From the NCBI GenBank assembly GCA_965218295.1, contig CBDCKN010000009.1:192001-256000 (forward strand): a stretch of DNA of 64,000 bases. Direction: 5' to 3'. Below, piece after piece: positions 19,991 to 29,985 of the stretch (position 1 is its first letter; each line of letters opens with the position of its first letter). The notes beneath the pieces were generated by a model. That model made no database searches. It was not told the DNA's origin and was given only the letters and a program-made list of their open reading frames with translations. A program made the translations under genes and the position numbers. This DNA comes from Longimicrobiales bacterium (GTDB lineage Bacteria; Gemmatimonadota; Gemmatimonadetes; Longimicrobiales; Gaopeijiaceae).

Positions 19991-20277
19991 GCCCTGAGAT
20001 GGGAACCGTCGAAGTGGAGGTGACTGCGTCAGGGGAAAGCATCGACATAGGCGGACTGGTCGTCAGTCTGGACGATGGCGCCCAGGTCGAGGACCTCGAC
20101 GCCTCAGGCAGCGTCACCTTGGAGGTGGAGGCCGGCGATCACACCGTGGAGCTGACCGATATCGCGTCGAACTGCACGGTGGATGGCGACAACCCCGTTT
20201 CCGTGACGGTGACGGCGGAAGAGACCTCCACCGTGAGCTTCGCGCTTACCTGCGCGCCTATCCCTCCTCCAACCTAG
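19924..20277 (+). CDS. Small lipoprotein with beta-sandwich (PEGA/Ig-like) domain
   Basis: Lipobox VVAC-GDGPTGP; AGDHTVEL..IASNCTV..NPVSVTV...FALTC. Confidence 0.8.
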   Translation: MRSGCVFAVVAAVVVACGDGPTGPEMGTVEVEVTASGESIDIGGLVVSLDDGAQVEDLDASGSVTLEVEAGDHTVELTDIASNCTVDGDNPVSVTVTAEETSTVSFALTCAPIPPPT

Positions 20278-20306
20278 CTCCAAGACGGCGAGCCGGAGGT
20301 GGCGGG

Positions 20307-20550
20307 TCAGCTACCCCGCCCGCCACCTCCGTCCGCCCGGCTGACGGCGCAAAGCTCCACCGCCTCTCCCTTGTCCCAGAGCGGCACGGGCCCCAATCGC
20401 TGCACAGCATACTCCGGCGGGAGGGCAAGGCACTCCATGAGCTCCGCCGGCACCACCCCGTACTCCTTTGGGAAGCGCTCGCGGTGGGCGTGGATCTGCT
20501 CCTCGATGAGGAAGAACACCCGGATGCAGCTCGCCTCCTCGAGCGTGAAG
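20307..20550 (-). pseudogene. Adenylate/guanylate cyclase remnant with internal deletion
   Basis: CIRVFF...FPKEYGVVP is joined directly to ELMECLALPPEYAVQRLGPVPLWDKGEAVEL; the catalytic GLHxG...GDxxN segment is absent. Confidence 0.45.
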
Positions 20551-20765
20551 GAGGTCGGTGAGCACGTGCCGGGCCTTCTTGGACATGCGACGTTCGTACG
20601 TATACTCACGATATAAAGATACGTATACATCTCCGATGAGGAACTCGGAAGCACGATGGGAAGTATCCGCCCGGCCTGGCTCGATCCCATCGCCACGTTT
20701 CGGTTGGTGTGTCTGGTGCGGGTCCTGCTGAGCTGGTTTACGGGTTGCGGAAGCGGGAGGGACCC

Positions 20766-21371
20766 TCAGGGAACGCGCAAGCGAAGCCCCAGGCGGACGC
20801 GCAACACGGCCGGGTCTTCGATCAATTGAAGGCTCGAGGCGGCTGTCCGGGCGAAGTCCAGCTCGCCCAACTTTAAGACATCCCCTCCGAGGTCGAGGGT
20901 CACAGTCGGGGCGACGTCTAGCCGCAGGCCCACTCCACCTCCGAACACTCCCGCCCAAGTCACCCTCTCGACCAGGGTGGAGTTCGTTCGGCTCTGCACA
21001 TTCGCGGCTACGCCCAACAGAGGGCGCGCGTACAGCGTGACGGCCGAGAGCGACACGTAAACCTCGGGGCCGAGCCCAAAGATCCATATCGTGTTGCCGG
21101 CGGTCTCGTTGTCGTTGGTGGTGCTGGCCAATGGAATCAGCATCCCATCCGCTCGAACCGAGAGGTTCCGCGCCACACCGTGTGATGCGGTGAGGTCGAC
21201 CCCGAAGCCGGAATCGAGGAAGTCGCTCGCGCTTCCGACCATCAGGCTCGCGCTGGCCGAGGCACCCACCGACCAGCCAGGGGCCGACTGTGCGGACGCC
21301 GGCGAGCCCGTGAGGGCAGCGGCGACCAGGATGCTCGAGAGCGGCAGGCACGCTCGTTGGCGTTTGGGCAC
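20766..21371 (-). CDS. Outer-membrane beta-barrel protein
   Basis: Signal peptide ending ASA-Q; alternating beta-strand pattern (FGLGPEV, FGGGVGLRL). Confidence 0.7.
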   Translation of the reverse strand: MPKRQRACLPLSSILVAAALTGSPASAQSAPGWSVGASASASLMVGSASDFLDSGFGVDLTASHGVARNLSVRADGMLIPLASTTNDNETAGNTIWIFGLGPEVYVSLSAVTLYARPLLGVAANVQSRTNSTLVERVTWAGVFGGGVGLRLDVAPTVTLDLGGDVLKLGELDFARTAASSLQLIEDPAVLRVRLGLRLRVP

Positions 21372-21705
21372 TTTAGCACCTCCGAATCGGGATTCGCAGG
21401 CTCACGCTTGATACACGACGACCCCGAGCTCATGCGACATGGCCAGGCTGTCGATTCCCACAGCGGGACGATGAGTGAGCCGGCCTGGTCGTCGGCTATC
21501 ATCACCGTAGAAACGCGTGAAATCGACTCGAGTACCAATCGGGTGACGCACTACCTCACAGAAACCTCTCCCGCCGCCAGCTCAACCAGTGTCGCGTGCA
21601 CGATCGTCAGCGTTATCACGACGGCATACGCGAGATGTCAGACGACCGCGGGCGACAGCGTCAGTCTACGCATGGCGAAGGCTAGTTGTGGGAGTCTGCC
21701 TAGGT

Positions 21706-21732
21706 AACGCCTCGGGTGGGGAGTTTGTGACA
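21706..21732 (-). promoter_or_regulatory. Solo TGTCACA-N16-CGTT ECF-type promoter motif
   Basis: Minus strand reads TGTCACA AACTCCCCACCCGAGG CGTT; same boxes and spacing as in the cassettes but an unrelated spacer. Confidence 0.55.
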
Positions 21733-21760
21733 GCGCGGGCGCTTGGTACTACTCCCCACC

Positions 21761-22231
21761 TTACACCCAACGGCGCACCGAGGCCTTATACTGCAGATAC
21801 TCTTCGCCGAACTTTCTCTCTAAGTACTGCTCCTCGCGGAATATCACTCCGTACTGCATGACGATCAGGATCGGAACAAGACCGGCGACGATCCACAAGT
21901 TGTCCGCCGCCACTCCTATCCCGACATAGAGCAAGCTCAACGCTACGTACCCGGGATTACGCGACAACCGGTACGGACCTGTCGTCACAAGGTGAGTGGC
22001 GGGCGCGAAGTCGCTAAAACTGGTGCTGGCTCTTCGAAACTGAAGAACCGCTGAAGCGACGATCACACCGCTCAGCGCGATGATGGCAAATCCAGCGACG
22101 TACTGAACACTGGCCGGCAAAACCGTGACCGGACGAAAGTAATCCATCGCAAGTCCCATAAGCAGAAATGCCAGATAGATGAGTGGTGGAAGAGCTACGA
22201 CTTCGGGTCTGTCTTCTTCTCTATTCGTCAC
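21761..22231 (-). CDS. Isoprenylcysteine carboxylmethyltransferase-family membrane protein
   Basis: LVTTGPYRLSRNPGY; REEQYLERKFGEEYLQYKASVRRW. Confidence 0.92.
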   Translation of the reverse strand: MTNREEDRPEVVALPPLIYLAFLLMGLAMDYFRPVTVLPASVQYVAGFAIIALSGVIVASAVLQFRRASTSFSDFAPATHLVTTGPYRLSRNPGYVALSLLYVGIGVAADNLWIVAGLVPILIVMQYGVIFREEQYLERKFGEEYLQYKASVRRWV

Positions 22232-22233
22232 AT

Positions 22234-22689
22234 CTAGCTCCCGTCCGGGTTACTTCCGCCCGACGCCCTCAGGTCCAAGCTTCCCGAACCGCCTCCCCGT
22301 AGAAGCACATAGACCGATACGATCATCACTACGGCCGGAATGATCGGTTCCTCGGGCTGGAGGGGGAACAGAGAGGGATCGTCTGCCAACAAGTGCACGT
22401 AGGTCGCCACGATCATGATGTTGAAAACAAGCAGGGTAGCGATCCGCGTGTAAAAGCCGATCAGCAGGGCACCGCCGACGCCGATCTCGACGAGGGGCAA
22501 GACCCAGCGATTCAGGTCCTGGAGCGGGATGTTCGCCACCGCCAGCTGTCCCGCGAACGCCGCTCCCAAGGTGGGGACGACGAGCTTCATGACGCCGGTC
22601 ATCACGAATAGGATTCCCAACCCGATTCGGATCCACCGGGCGACTCGGTCGTCTCGAGTTCTGCGAATGGACCGCCGTGTCATGATCAT
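22234..22689 (-). CDS. DoxX-family membrane protein
   Basis: RIGLGILFVMTGVMKL; EIGVGGALLIGFYTR; GSGSLD. Confidence 0.88.
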   Translation of the reverse strand: MIMTRRSIRRTRDDRVARWIRIGLGILFVMTGVMKLVVPTLGAAFAGQLAVANIPLQDLNRWVLPLVEIGVGGALLIGFYTRIATLLVFNIMIVATYVHLLADDPSLFPLQPEEPIIPAVVMIVSVYVLLRGGGSGSLDLRASGGSNPDGS

Positions 22690-22711
22690 GAATAGGGTAA
22701 GGCAGCGGTGA

Positions 22712-24097
22712 TCAGCTTTGGTCTGACGCGGACGATTCAACCGGCTCGAGCGTGTCCAGTATCCAGGGCATGAGCTCGGACACGGTCGGGTGGACGAGCA
22801 CTGATCTCCGGTAGTCCATGCAGGGTAGACCGCTGTACATGTAAGCCGCGAACATGTTGACGATCTCGTCACCACCGGGTCCCAGAATCGCGGCACCCAG
22901 AATCTGATCCGTGTCGCCGTCGACCAGGAGCTTGGCGAACCCGAGCGTCTCTCCCATCTCCTTGGCCTGGCTGATTCGGGACATCGGCCGCGTGGCTTTC
23001 ATTACCTTGTGCCCCTTCGCGATGGCCTCCCTTTCGGTCATTCCGACACGACCGAGAGCGGGGTCGATGAAAAGCCCGTACACGGGGATCCGGTCCGACA
23101 CTCTCCTGGTGCCACCGTGCATCTGGTCGAGGACGATCTCGGCGTCGTTGACCGAGGTATGGGTGAAGGCACCGTGTCCGTTGATATCGCCCAGGGCGAA
23201 GACACCCTCCGCGCTGGTCCGGCAAAAGTCGTCGACCTCGACGTATCCCCGTTCGTCGAGCTGGATACCGGCCGCTTCAGCGTTGAGCAGGTCCGAGTTC
23301 GGGACCCGCCCAACCGCGACGAGAAAGTGAGAGCCGGTCAGCTGGCGCTCGTCGCCACCCTGTACGATCGTGACCGCTACGTCGGCGCCATCGGGGGCGA
23401 CTCTCACCGCGCTCGAGTCCATACAGAACTCGATGCCTTCCAGTTCGAGAATGTCCCTGATCGACTCCGCAACATCGGCATCCTCTCGAAATACGAGTTG
23501 AGATCCCGACTCGATCACGGTGACCCGCGCGCCGAATCTTCGGAAGATCTGACTGAATTCGAGCCCGATGTAGCTCCCTCCCAGGATGATCAGGTGCTCC
23601 GGCACCTCGGTCAGCTCGAGGAGTCGGCCGTTATCCAGCCATGGAACGGTGTCCAGCCCTGGTAGGTCGGGGACGCGCGGGCGTGCTCCGCCGTTGATAT
23701 AGATCCGATCGGCCGTGATGACCTCGTCGCCCACACGAATCTGCCGCGGACCCTCGAATCGGCCCCAGTCCTCGAACAGGGTCACGCTCTCTGCCGAGGA
23801 GATCCACGAAACCATGCCGGTGGTGTCGCGAACGGCGTTCATGCGCGCCCGCACGGCTTCAAAGTCTATCTCGAAGCCGTTCGGATGGATGCCGTACTCC
23901 GGTGCCCGCCTCATGATATGAGCCACCTTGGCGGTGGCCACGAGTGCTTTCGTGGGGGTGCAACCCGTGTTCAGGCAGGTGCCGCCTATTCGATCTCCTT
24001 CAATGACGGCGATCGAGTCTCCGGTGGGCAGGAGATCGCCCAGCAGGGTGCCCGTTGCCTGGCCGGTCCCGAGTATCAGGTGTTGGAAATGACGCAT
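22712..24097 (-). CDS. Class I pyridine nucleotide-disulfide oxidoreductase (MerA/RclA-like)
   Basis: GGTCLNTGCTP; GGSYIGLE; FALGD; HPTVSE. Confidence 0.9.
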   Translation of the reverse strand: MRHFQHLILGTGQATGTLLGDLLPTGDSIAVIEGDRIGGTCLNTGCTPTKALVATAKVAHIMRRAPEYGIHPNGFEIDFEAVRARMNAVRDTTGMVSWISSAESVTLFEDWGRFEGPRQIRVGDEVITADRIYINGGARPRVPDLPGLDTVPWLDNGRLLELTEVPEHLIILGGSYIGLEFSQIFRRFGARVTVIESGSQLVFREDADVAESIRDILELEGIEFCMDSSAVRVAPDGADVAVTIVQGGDERQLTGSHFLVAVGRVPNSDLLNAEAAGIQLDERGYVEVDDFCRTSAEGVFALGDINGHGAFTHTSVNDAEIVLDQMHGGTRRVSDRIPVYGLFIDPALGRVGMTEREAIAKGHKVMKATRPMSRISQAKEMGETLGFAKLLVDGDTDQILGAAILGPGGDEIVNMFAAYMYSGLPCMDYRRSVLVHPTVSELMPWILDTLEPVESSASDQS

Positions 24098-24226
24098 GAC
24101 TGGGTCTCCGGGATGGTGGTTGTCACGATATCCAACGGCCGGCAGTGAAGCAAAGGTTGCCTGCGTACTGATTGCAACCCCCGGCCCCTGCGGTGAGGCG
24201 GTGATCCCGGTCTCCCCGACGACCGA

Positions 24227-24718
24227 TCAGGCCTCCGGCTCCGCGGGGGGGAGCGGCAACCTACTTGTTTCCTTGATCGTCTCGAGCACGACCGTGGTCC
24301 GGGTCGACCGCACCGCCTCGATCACACCGACCTTCTCCCTGAGAAGCCGACCCAGCTCCTCCGTGTCGGAGACTCGTACCTTGAGGAGGTAGCAGTCCTC
24401 ACCGGCGACGTGGTGCAGCTCCTGCACCTCGGGTAGCTCGGCGAGGCAGAGTGCGGTCTCGTGGCTTCCGACCCGGTCGTCCACCTTCACGAAGACGAAG
24501 GCTCCCATGCCCATGCCGACCGCGTTGGGCTCGATCCGGGTCTCGTGGCCCACGATGACGCCGTTCTTCTCCAGCTTTCGCAGGCGCTGGAAGATGGCCG
24601 AGTGCACCAACCCGACGCGTCGCCCGATCTCTGCGTTCGAGATCCTGGCGTCCTTCTGAAGGAGGGCGAGGATCTGCATGTCGATGGGGTCCAGCGATGG
24701 GGCGGAAGGCTTCCTCAT
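24227..24718 (-). CDS. Lrp/AsnC transcriptional regulator
   Basis: LDPIDMQILALLQKDARISNAEIG; HHVAGEDCYLLKV. Confidence 0.93.
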   Translation of the reverse strand: MRKPSAPSLDPIDMQILALLQKDARISNAEIGRRVGLVHSAIFQRLRKLEKNGVIVGHETRIEPNAVGMGMGAFVFVKVDDRVGSHETALCLAELPEVQELHHVAGEDCYLLKVRVSDTEELGRLLREKVGVIEAVRSTRTTVVLETIKETSRLPLPPAEPEA

Positions 24719-25390
24719 CCCGCACGCTTCTTCCCGTTACCGAGGGCCCCCACCAGGCCGGCGACCAGGCGTTCAGTATGGGAGCCGTCCGGATCCCGCT
24801 CCGGGTTGAGCTCGGTCACCACCACCGCGGCACAGGTCGGAGCCGCTGCGAAGACGCTCAGCGCGGTAAACGCCGATTCGGCGTCGAGCCCGTCGGGATG
24901 CGGCACGTCGACGGCAGGGAAGTCCATCACGTCGACGTCGAAATGGACGAGGATTGCGTCCGAGTGGCCCGTAAGACCACCGAGCGCGTCCCTAGCGGCC
25001 GCGGACGCATCGGCGCGGACGCGGGCCAGCGGGTACTTCGACATGCGAGAGCGCTCCAGCAGCTCGATCTCGGGAGTGTCGATCCAACCGGATCCCACAT
25101 CGTATCCGAACAGAACGATGTCCTCCTCGGACAGCAGGGGAACGCGAGGCCCGACCCCGGCGAGCTCGTGGGCGCCCCGACCGAGAGCGTGCGCCAGGAC
25201 CATCCCGTCGGCGACCCCCGAGCGCGTGGTATCGGGCGTGTTGAGGTCCAGGTCGGCGTCGAAGTACATGAGGCTGAGGCGCGGGTGATGACGGAGCAGG
25301 CCCGCCATGACCCCGAGGCTCAAGCTGCAGTCGCCTCCCAGTACGAGCGGCGATCGCCCGCTTGCCACGGCCTCGTCGACTACGTCGATA
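24715..25390 (-). pseudogene. Arginase-family protein, 5'-truncated
   Basis: LGGDCS, FDADLDLNTP, HFDVDVMD and TELNP motifs; N-terminal region and a credible start are missing. Confidence 0.75.
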
Positions 25391-25579
25391 AATATCGTTA
25401 TCAAGAGGCGATACGTTCGTTCGAGGACCGGAGGTCCGGTCGATCTTCAGCGACGGGGTTGCCCAGGCGCTTGTGGCGAGAGTAGCACTGAACGAAGCTA
25501 TCTGTTGGCAACCGGAACCTGTTCGCGCGCCTCAACGCACTGGTTGCTCCGGGCGGTACTGGAGAAAGGACGACGACGA

Positions 25580-26623
25580 GTGATAGCGTTCTTCGAGAGC
25601 GATATCGTGCAGTGCGCTACGTTCGTGATCGGCGGACTGCTCATGGGCCTGCTGACCGAGAGGGTCGTGTTGGACCGCCTTCGCAAGTTGGCGACGAAGA
25701 CGGAGTTCAAGTGGGACGACCTGCTCGCCGACGCGCTTCGCGGCATCCCCACCGTTTGGTTGACGGCCGGAGGCGTCTACCTCGCGCTGGGCGTAGGCGA
25801 GCCGGACGATCTGGTCGTCTCGTTGGTCAACACCATCCTGACCGTCGCACTGATCGGCTCCGTGGTCGTGAGCAGCATGAGGGCGGTGGGAGGGGCCGTC
25901 GAGCAGATTTCCGCCCGGTCGTCGTTCCGCTCTCCGACACTGATAGTGAACCTCGCGCGGCTGTCGGTCGGCGTGCTCGGCCTCTTCATCATCCTGCAGA
26001 ACCTCAACGTCGACATCACGCCGCTGGTTACCGCGTTTGGCTTAGGCGGCCTTGCCGTCGCGCTTGCACTCCAGGACACGCTCGGCAACCTGTTCGCCGG
26101 CGTGCAGATCATTCTGTCGGGGCAGGTGCGGCCGAACGACTACGTGCGGCTGGCCAGCGGAGAAGAGGGATACATCACCGACGTGAAGGGGCGGAACACA
26201 ACGGTCCTTACGTTCCCGGACGGCAACCTCGTGGTGGTGCCCAACTCGACGCTCGCGAACTCGATCGTGAAGAACTACAGCAAGCCCCGCCAGGCGCTTT
26301 GGGTGAGCACCGAAGTAGGGGTGGCATACGACAGCGACCTGGAACATGTCGAGGCCGTCACCATGGACGTGGCGACGGGCGTGCTTACGGACATGGAGGG
26401 CGGTCTGTCGGAGACGCCGATCGTCACGTTCCACACGTTCGGCTCATCCAGCATCGACTTCGAGGTGCGCATGATGGTGAAGGGCTTCATGAGCCGGGGC
26501 CGCGTGCGACATGAGTTCATCAAGCGCCTGCATCGGCGGTTCGCCGAGGAGGACATCGAGATCCCCTTCCCGATCCGTACCGTGGTGATGCAGGGCCCGA
26601 CCGCCACACCGACAACACCCTGA
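25580..26623 (+). CDS. MscS-family mechanosensitive channel
   Basis: GLGGLAVALALQDTLGNLFAG; VVVPNS; VGVAYDSD; IEIPFP. Confidence 0.93.
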   Translation: MIAFFESDIVQCATFVIGGLLMGLLTERVVLDRLRKLATKTEFKWDDLLADALRGIPTVWLTAGGVYLALGVGEPDDLVVSLVNTILTVALIGSVVVSSMRAVGGAVEQISARSSFRSPTLIVNLARLSVGVLGLFIILQNLNVDITPLVTAFGLGGLAVALALQDTLGNLFAGVQIILSGQVRPNDYVRLASGEEGYITDVKGRNTTVLTFPDGNLVVVPNSTLANSIVKNYSKPRQALWVSTEVGVAYDSDLEHVEAVTMDVATGVLTDMEGGLSETPIVTFHTFGSSSIDFEVRMMVKGFMSRGRVRHEFIKRLHRRFAEEDIEIPFPIRTVVMQGPTATPTTP

Positions 26624-26632
26624 CTTCCTGAA

Positions 26633-28360
26633 ATGACCGATTACCTGATCACGCCCCACGGCGGCGAGCTCTTGGACCTCGTCGTCGACCGCGAGCGAGG
26701 AGACGAGCTCAGGGCCGCATCGTTGGACTGGCCCTCGTGGGCTCTGACCCCGCGTCAGATCAGCGATCTCGAGCTGCTACTGAACGGTGCTTTCTCGCCT
26801 CTGGCCGGGTTCATGACGCCCGGGGACTATGAACCTGTACGCGAGCAGATACGGCTTGCGGACGGGACGCTCTGGCCCATTCCCATCACTCTGGACATCA
26901 CTGAAGATGCTGCGGAGGCACTGGAGTCTGGTGCGACCCTGGCGCTTCGCGATCCCGAGGGTGTCATGCTCGCGGTCCTCCACGTCGAAGACATCTGGCG
27001 ACCGGACCTCGCCCGGGAAGCCGATCGTGTATTCGGGACCACCAATCGGGAGCACCCGGGGGTCGCGTACCTCCTGGAGTGGTCGAATCCGGTGTACGTG
27101 GGCGGCCGGGTCGAGGGCCTCCAGTTGCCCGTCCACTACGACTTCCGAGAGCTCAGGAGCACTCCCCGTCAGCTCCGCGGGGACTTCGCTCGTCTGGGTT
27201 GGCGGAGAATCGTGGCGTTTCAGACCCGAAACCCCATGCACCGCGCCCATCAGGAGCTGACCCTGAGGGCGGCCAAGGAGGTCGAGGCCAACCTACTGAT
27301 TCACCCGGTGGTGGGCATGACGAAGCCCGGGGACATCGATCACTTCACCCGGGTCCGGTGCTATCAGGCGCTCATGGACACCTATCCCCGCTTCACGGCC
27401 AAGCTGTCGCTACTCAATCTTGCCATGCGCATGGGCGGTCCACGGGAGGCGCTGCTGCACGCCATCATCCGAAAGAACCACGGGTGCACGCACTTGATCG
27501 TCGGTCGGGATCACGCAGGACCCGGCAGCGACTCGGCGGGGACGCCCTTCAACGGACCCTATGACGCGCAAGAGATGATGCGGGAGCACGAGGAGGAGCT
27601 GGGAGTCGCGATGGTCCCGTTCCGACTCATGGTATACGTGGAGGATGAAGATACCTACACGCCTGTGGACGAGGTACCGGAGGGCGTCGAAACCAAGTCA
27701 ATCTCGGGGACAGAGCTCAGAGATCGCCTCGCGGATGGCCGGGAGATCCCGGATTGGTTCACGTTTCCCGCTGTGGAAAAGGAGCTGCGAAGGAGCTACC
27801 CACCCAGACGGAGGCAGGGGTTCACAGTCTTCTTCACGGGCCTGTCGGGCTCGGGGAAATCCACTGTGGCCAACGTGCTTCGGGTCAAGCTCTTGGAGAT
27901 GGGGGGGCGCTCGGTGACGCTGCTCGACGGGGACATCGTCCGAAAGAACCTGTCGTCCGAGCTGGGCTTCAGCAGAGAGCACCGCGATCTGAACATCACG
28001 CGCGTCGGCTTTGTGGCTTCGGAGATCACCAAGGGTGGAGGCATCGCGATCTGCGCCCCCATCGCGCCCTACACCGACGTTCGGAGGCAGAACCGGGAGA
28101 TGATCTCCTCGGTGGGTGGTTACGTTCTCGTCTATCTCTCCACGCCCCTCGAGACGTGCGAAGCCCGCGACCGGAAAGGACTCTACGCAAAGGCCCGGGC
28201 CGGCATCATCAAGGAGTTCACTGGGATCTCCGATCCGTACGAGGAGCCCGATGGCGCCGATGTCGTCATCGACACGACAGACGTCTCTCCCTCGGAGGCG
28301 GCTCACCAGATCTTTCTCCATCTGGAGAAGGAAGGGTACATTGGCGCCGCAGGTCCCTGA
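26633..28360 (+). CDS. sat/cysC: Bifunctional sulfate adenylyltransferase / adenylylsulfate kinase
   Basis: FQTRNPMHRAH and GRDHAG, then TGLSGSGKST P-loop and LDGD. Confidence 0.96.
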   Translation: MTDYLITPHGGELLDLVVDRERGDELRAASLDWPSWALTPRQISDLELLLNGAFSPLAGFMTPGDYEPVREQIRLADGTLWPIPITLDITEDAAEALESGATLALRDPEGVMLAVLHVEDIWRPDLAREADRVFGTTNREHPGVAYLLEWSNPVYVGGRVEGLQLPVHYDFRELRSTPRQLRGDFARLGWRRIVAFQTRNPMHRAHQELTLRAAKEVEANLLIHPVVGMTKPGDIDHFTRVRCYQALMDTYPRFTAKLSLLNLAMRMGGPREALLHAIIRKNHGCTHLIVGRDHAGPGSDSAGTPFNGPYDAQEMMREHEEELGVAMVPFRLMVYVEDEDTYTPVDEVPEGVETKSISGTELRDRLADGREIPDWFTFPAVEKELRRSYPPRRRQGFTVFFTGLSGSGKSTVANVLRVKLLEMGGRSVTLLDGDIVRKNLSSELGFSREHRDLNITRVGFVASEITKGGGIAICAPIAPYTDVRRQNREMISSVGGYVLVYLSTPLETCEARDRKGLYAKARAGIIKEFTGISDPYEEPDGADVVIDTTDVSPSEAAHQIFLHLEKEGYIGAAGP

Positions 28361-28587
28361 CCCCGTCGGTGGACGCGGCCGCAGCTACTTGCTGATGAAG
28401 GATAGGGCCCAAGCGAACGTTCAGCTTACCCGAAAACGGCTTGCGCAGCTCGACCCCATCTCCTCCTCACAAGAAAGTAGGTACTCGTCCACCGAGAGCT
28501 CATTCTCGCTGATCAACGTCCGAAACCGGGGGCATGGTCGAGCTGCGGGCCGGTGGTGGTTCACCCGTGAGAAGCGTGAGGTCGACG

Positions 28588-29985
28588 ATGAAGGCTAGAG
28601 AAGTGAGGGATCTCGGCATTCCTGCAGGCGAACCAGTTCAGGTCGCGCTAAAGGCAATCGGACGGGCCAGAAAGAGCGGCCTCGACATGGCCACGATTCG
28701 CGATCGGATTCGCAACCTGGCGGCCGATCCCGAGACGTTTCGAGATAGCGCGACCTTCGGCGAGTTGGCGGCTGCTGTGCTGGCAAAGATGGAGGCGCGA
28801 AGGTCCTACGTTCCCAGAGCCGAGTCGGCGCCCTACCGCCAGTGGGGCCAAGACATCGAGCCTGAGTCGGTGCGACAACTCGAGAACGCGTGCAAGCTTC
28901 CAGTGGCCGTGCGAGGGGCGCTCATGCCGGATGCGCACCTGGGGTACGGCCTGCCGATCGGCGGTGTACTGGCCACTCGGAACGCGGTTATCCCCTACGC
29001 AGTCGGCGTCGATATCGCCTGCCGGATGAAGATGTCTGTCCTCGATCTCCCGGCGTCGATGCTCGAGGACGATGCGGACCGACTCAAAGGGGCGATCGAC
29101 AAGGAGACGCGGTTCGGAATCGGGGCAAACTTCCAGCATCGTCGAGAGCACGGCGTCATGGACGACGATTGGAGGGTTACCACGGTTACCAGCAAGGTCA
29201 AGGATAAGGCGTGGTCTCAGTTGGGAAGCTCCGGCAGCGGGAATCACTTCGTCGAGTTCGGGACTTTCGATGTCGACAACGACGATCTGGGCCTTGCGCC
29301 GGGCCAGTATCTCGCCCTGCTGAGCCACAGCGGGAGCCGTGGCGCGGGCGCGACCGTCGCAGGTCACTACAGCAAGATCGCCATGAGCCAACATTCGGAG
29401 CTGCCGGATGAGCTTTCCCATCTGTCGTGGCTGGACCTCGACTCTGAAGAGGGCCAGGAGTACTGGGAGGCGATGGAACTGATGGGCAGATATGCCGCGG
29501 CGAATCATGCCTGCATTCACCGGCACATCGCCGAACATCTAGGCGCTCAGGTGATGCTCGACCTTGAGAACCATCACAACTTCGCCTGGAAGGAGGAGCA
29601 TGACGGCGAGGCAGTGATCGTGCACCGCAAGGGAGCCACGCCGGCTGACAAAGGAGTGCTTGGTATCATCCTGGGCTCGATGGCCAGCGCGACGTATGTC
29701 GTGCGCGGCAAGGGGCACCCTGAGTCTTTGAACTCTGCCGCTCACGGAGCCGGACGAGTCATGAGTCGGACACGGGCCAAAAAGATGTTCAAGTGGTCGG
29801 ATGTCCAGAAGTATCTCGATGAGCGGGGAGTCACCTTGCTTTCGGCCGGGATCGATGAGGCCCCGATGGTCTACAAGGACATCGACGAGGTCATGGCGGC
29901 CCAGGCCGACCTTGTGGAGAGTTTAGCGCGGTTCCAGCCGAGTATCGTGAAGATGGCTCCGGCAGGCGAGCGTCCGGAAGATTGA
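28588..29985 (+). CDS. rtcB: RtcB-family RNA ligase
   Basis: MPDAHLGYGLPIG, GVDIAC, SGNHFVE, HSGSRG, HRKGAT, HGAGR and YKDI motifs. Confidence 0.95.
   Translation: MKAREVRDLGIPAGEPVQVALKAIGRARKSGLDMATIRDRIRNLAADPETFRDSATFGELAAAVLAKMEARRSYVPRAESAPYRQWGQDIEPESVRQLENACKLPVAVRGALMPDAHLGYGLPIGGVLATRNAVIPYAVGVDIACRMKMSVLDLPASMLEDDADRLKGAIDKETRFGIGANFQHRREHGVMDDDWRVTTVTSKVKDKAWSQLGSSGSGNHFVEFGTFDVDNDDLGLAPGQYLALLSHSGSRGAGATVAGHYSKIAMSQHSELPDELSHLSWLDLDSEEGQEYWEAMELMGRYAAANHACIHRHIAEHLGAQVMLDLENHHNFAWKEEHDGEAVIVHRKGATPADKGVLGIILGSMASATYVVRGKGHPESLNSAAHGAGRVMSRTRAKKMFKWSDVQKYLDERGVTLLSAGIDEAPMVYKDIDEVMAAQADLVESLARFQPSIVKMAPAGERPED

Noticed and set aside
22712..24097. merA mercury resistance call
   Set aside because: There is no C-terminal Cys-Cys pair, no N-terminal metal-binding domain and no other mer genes.
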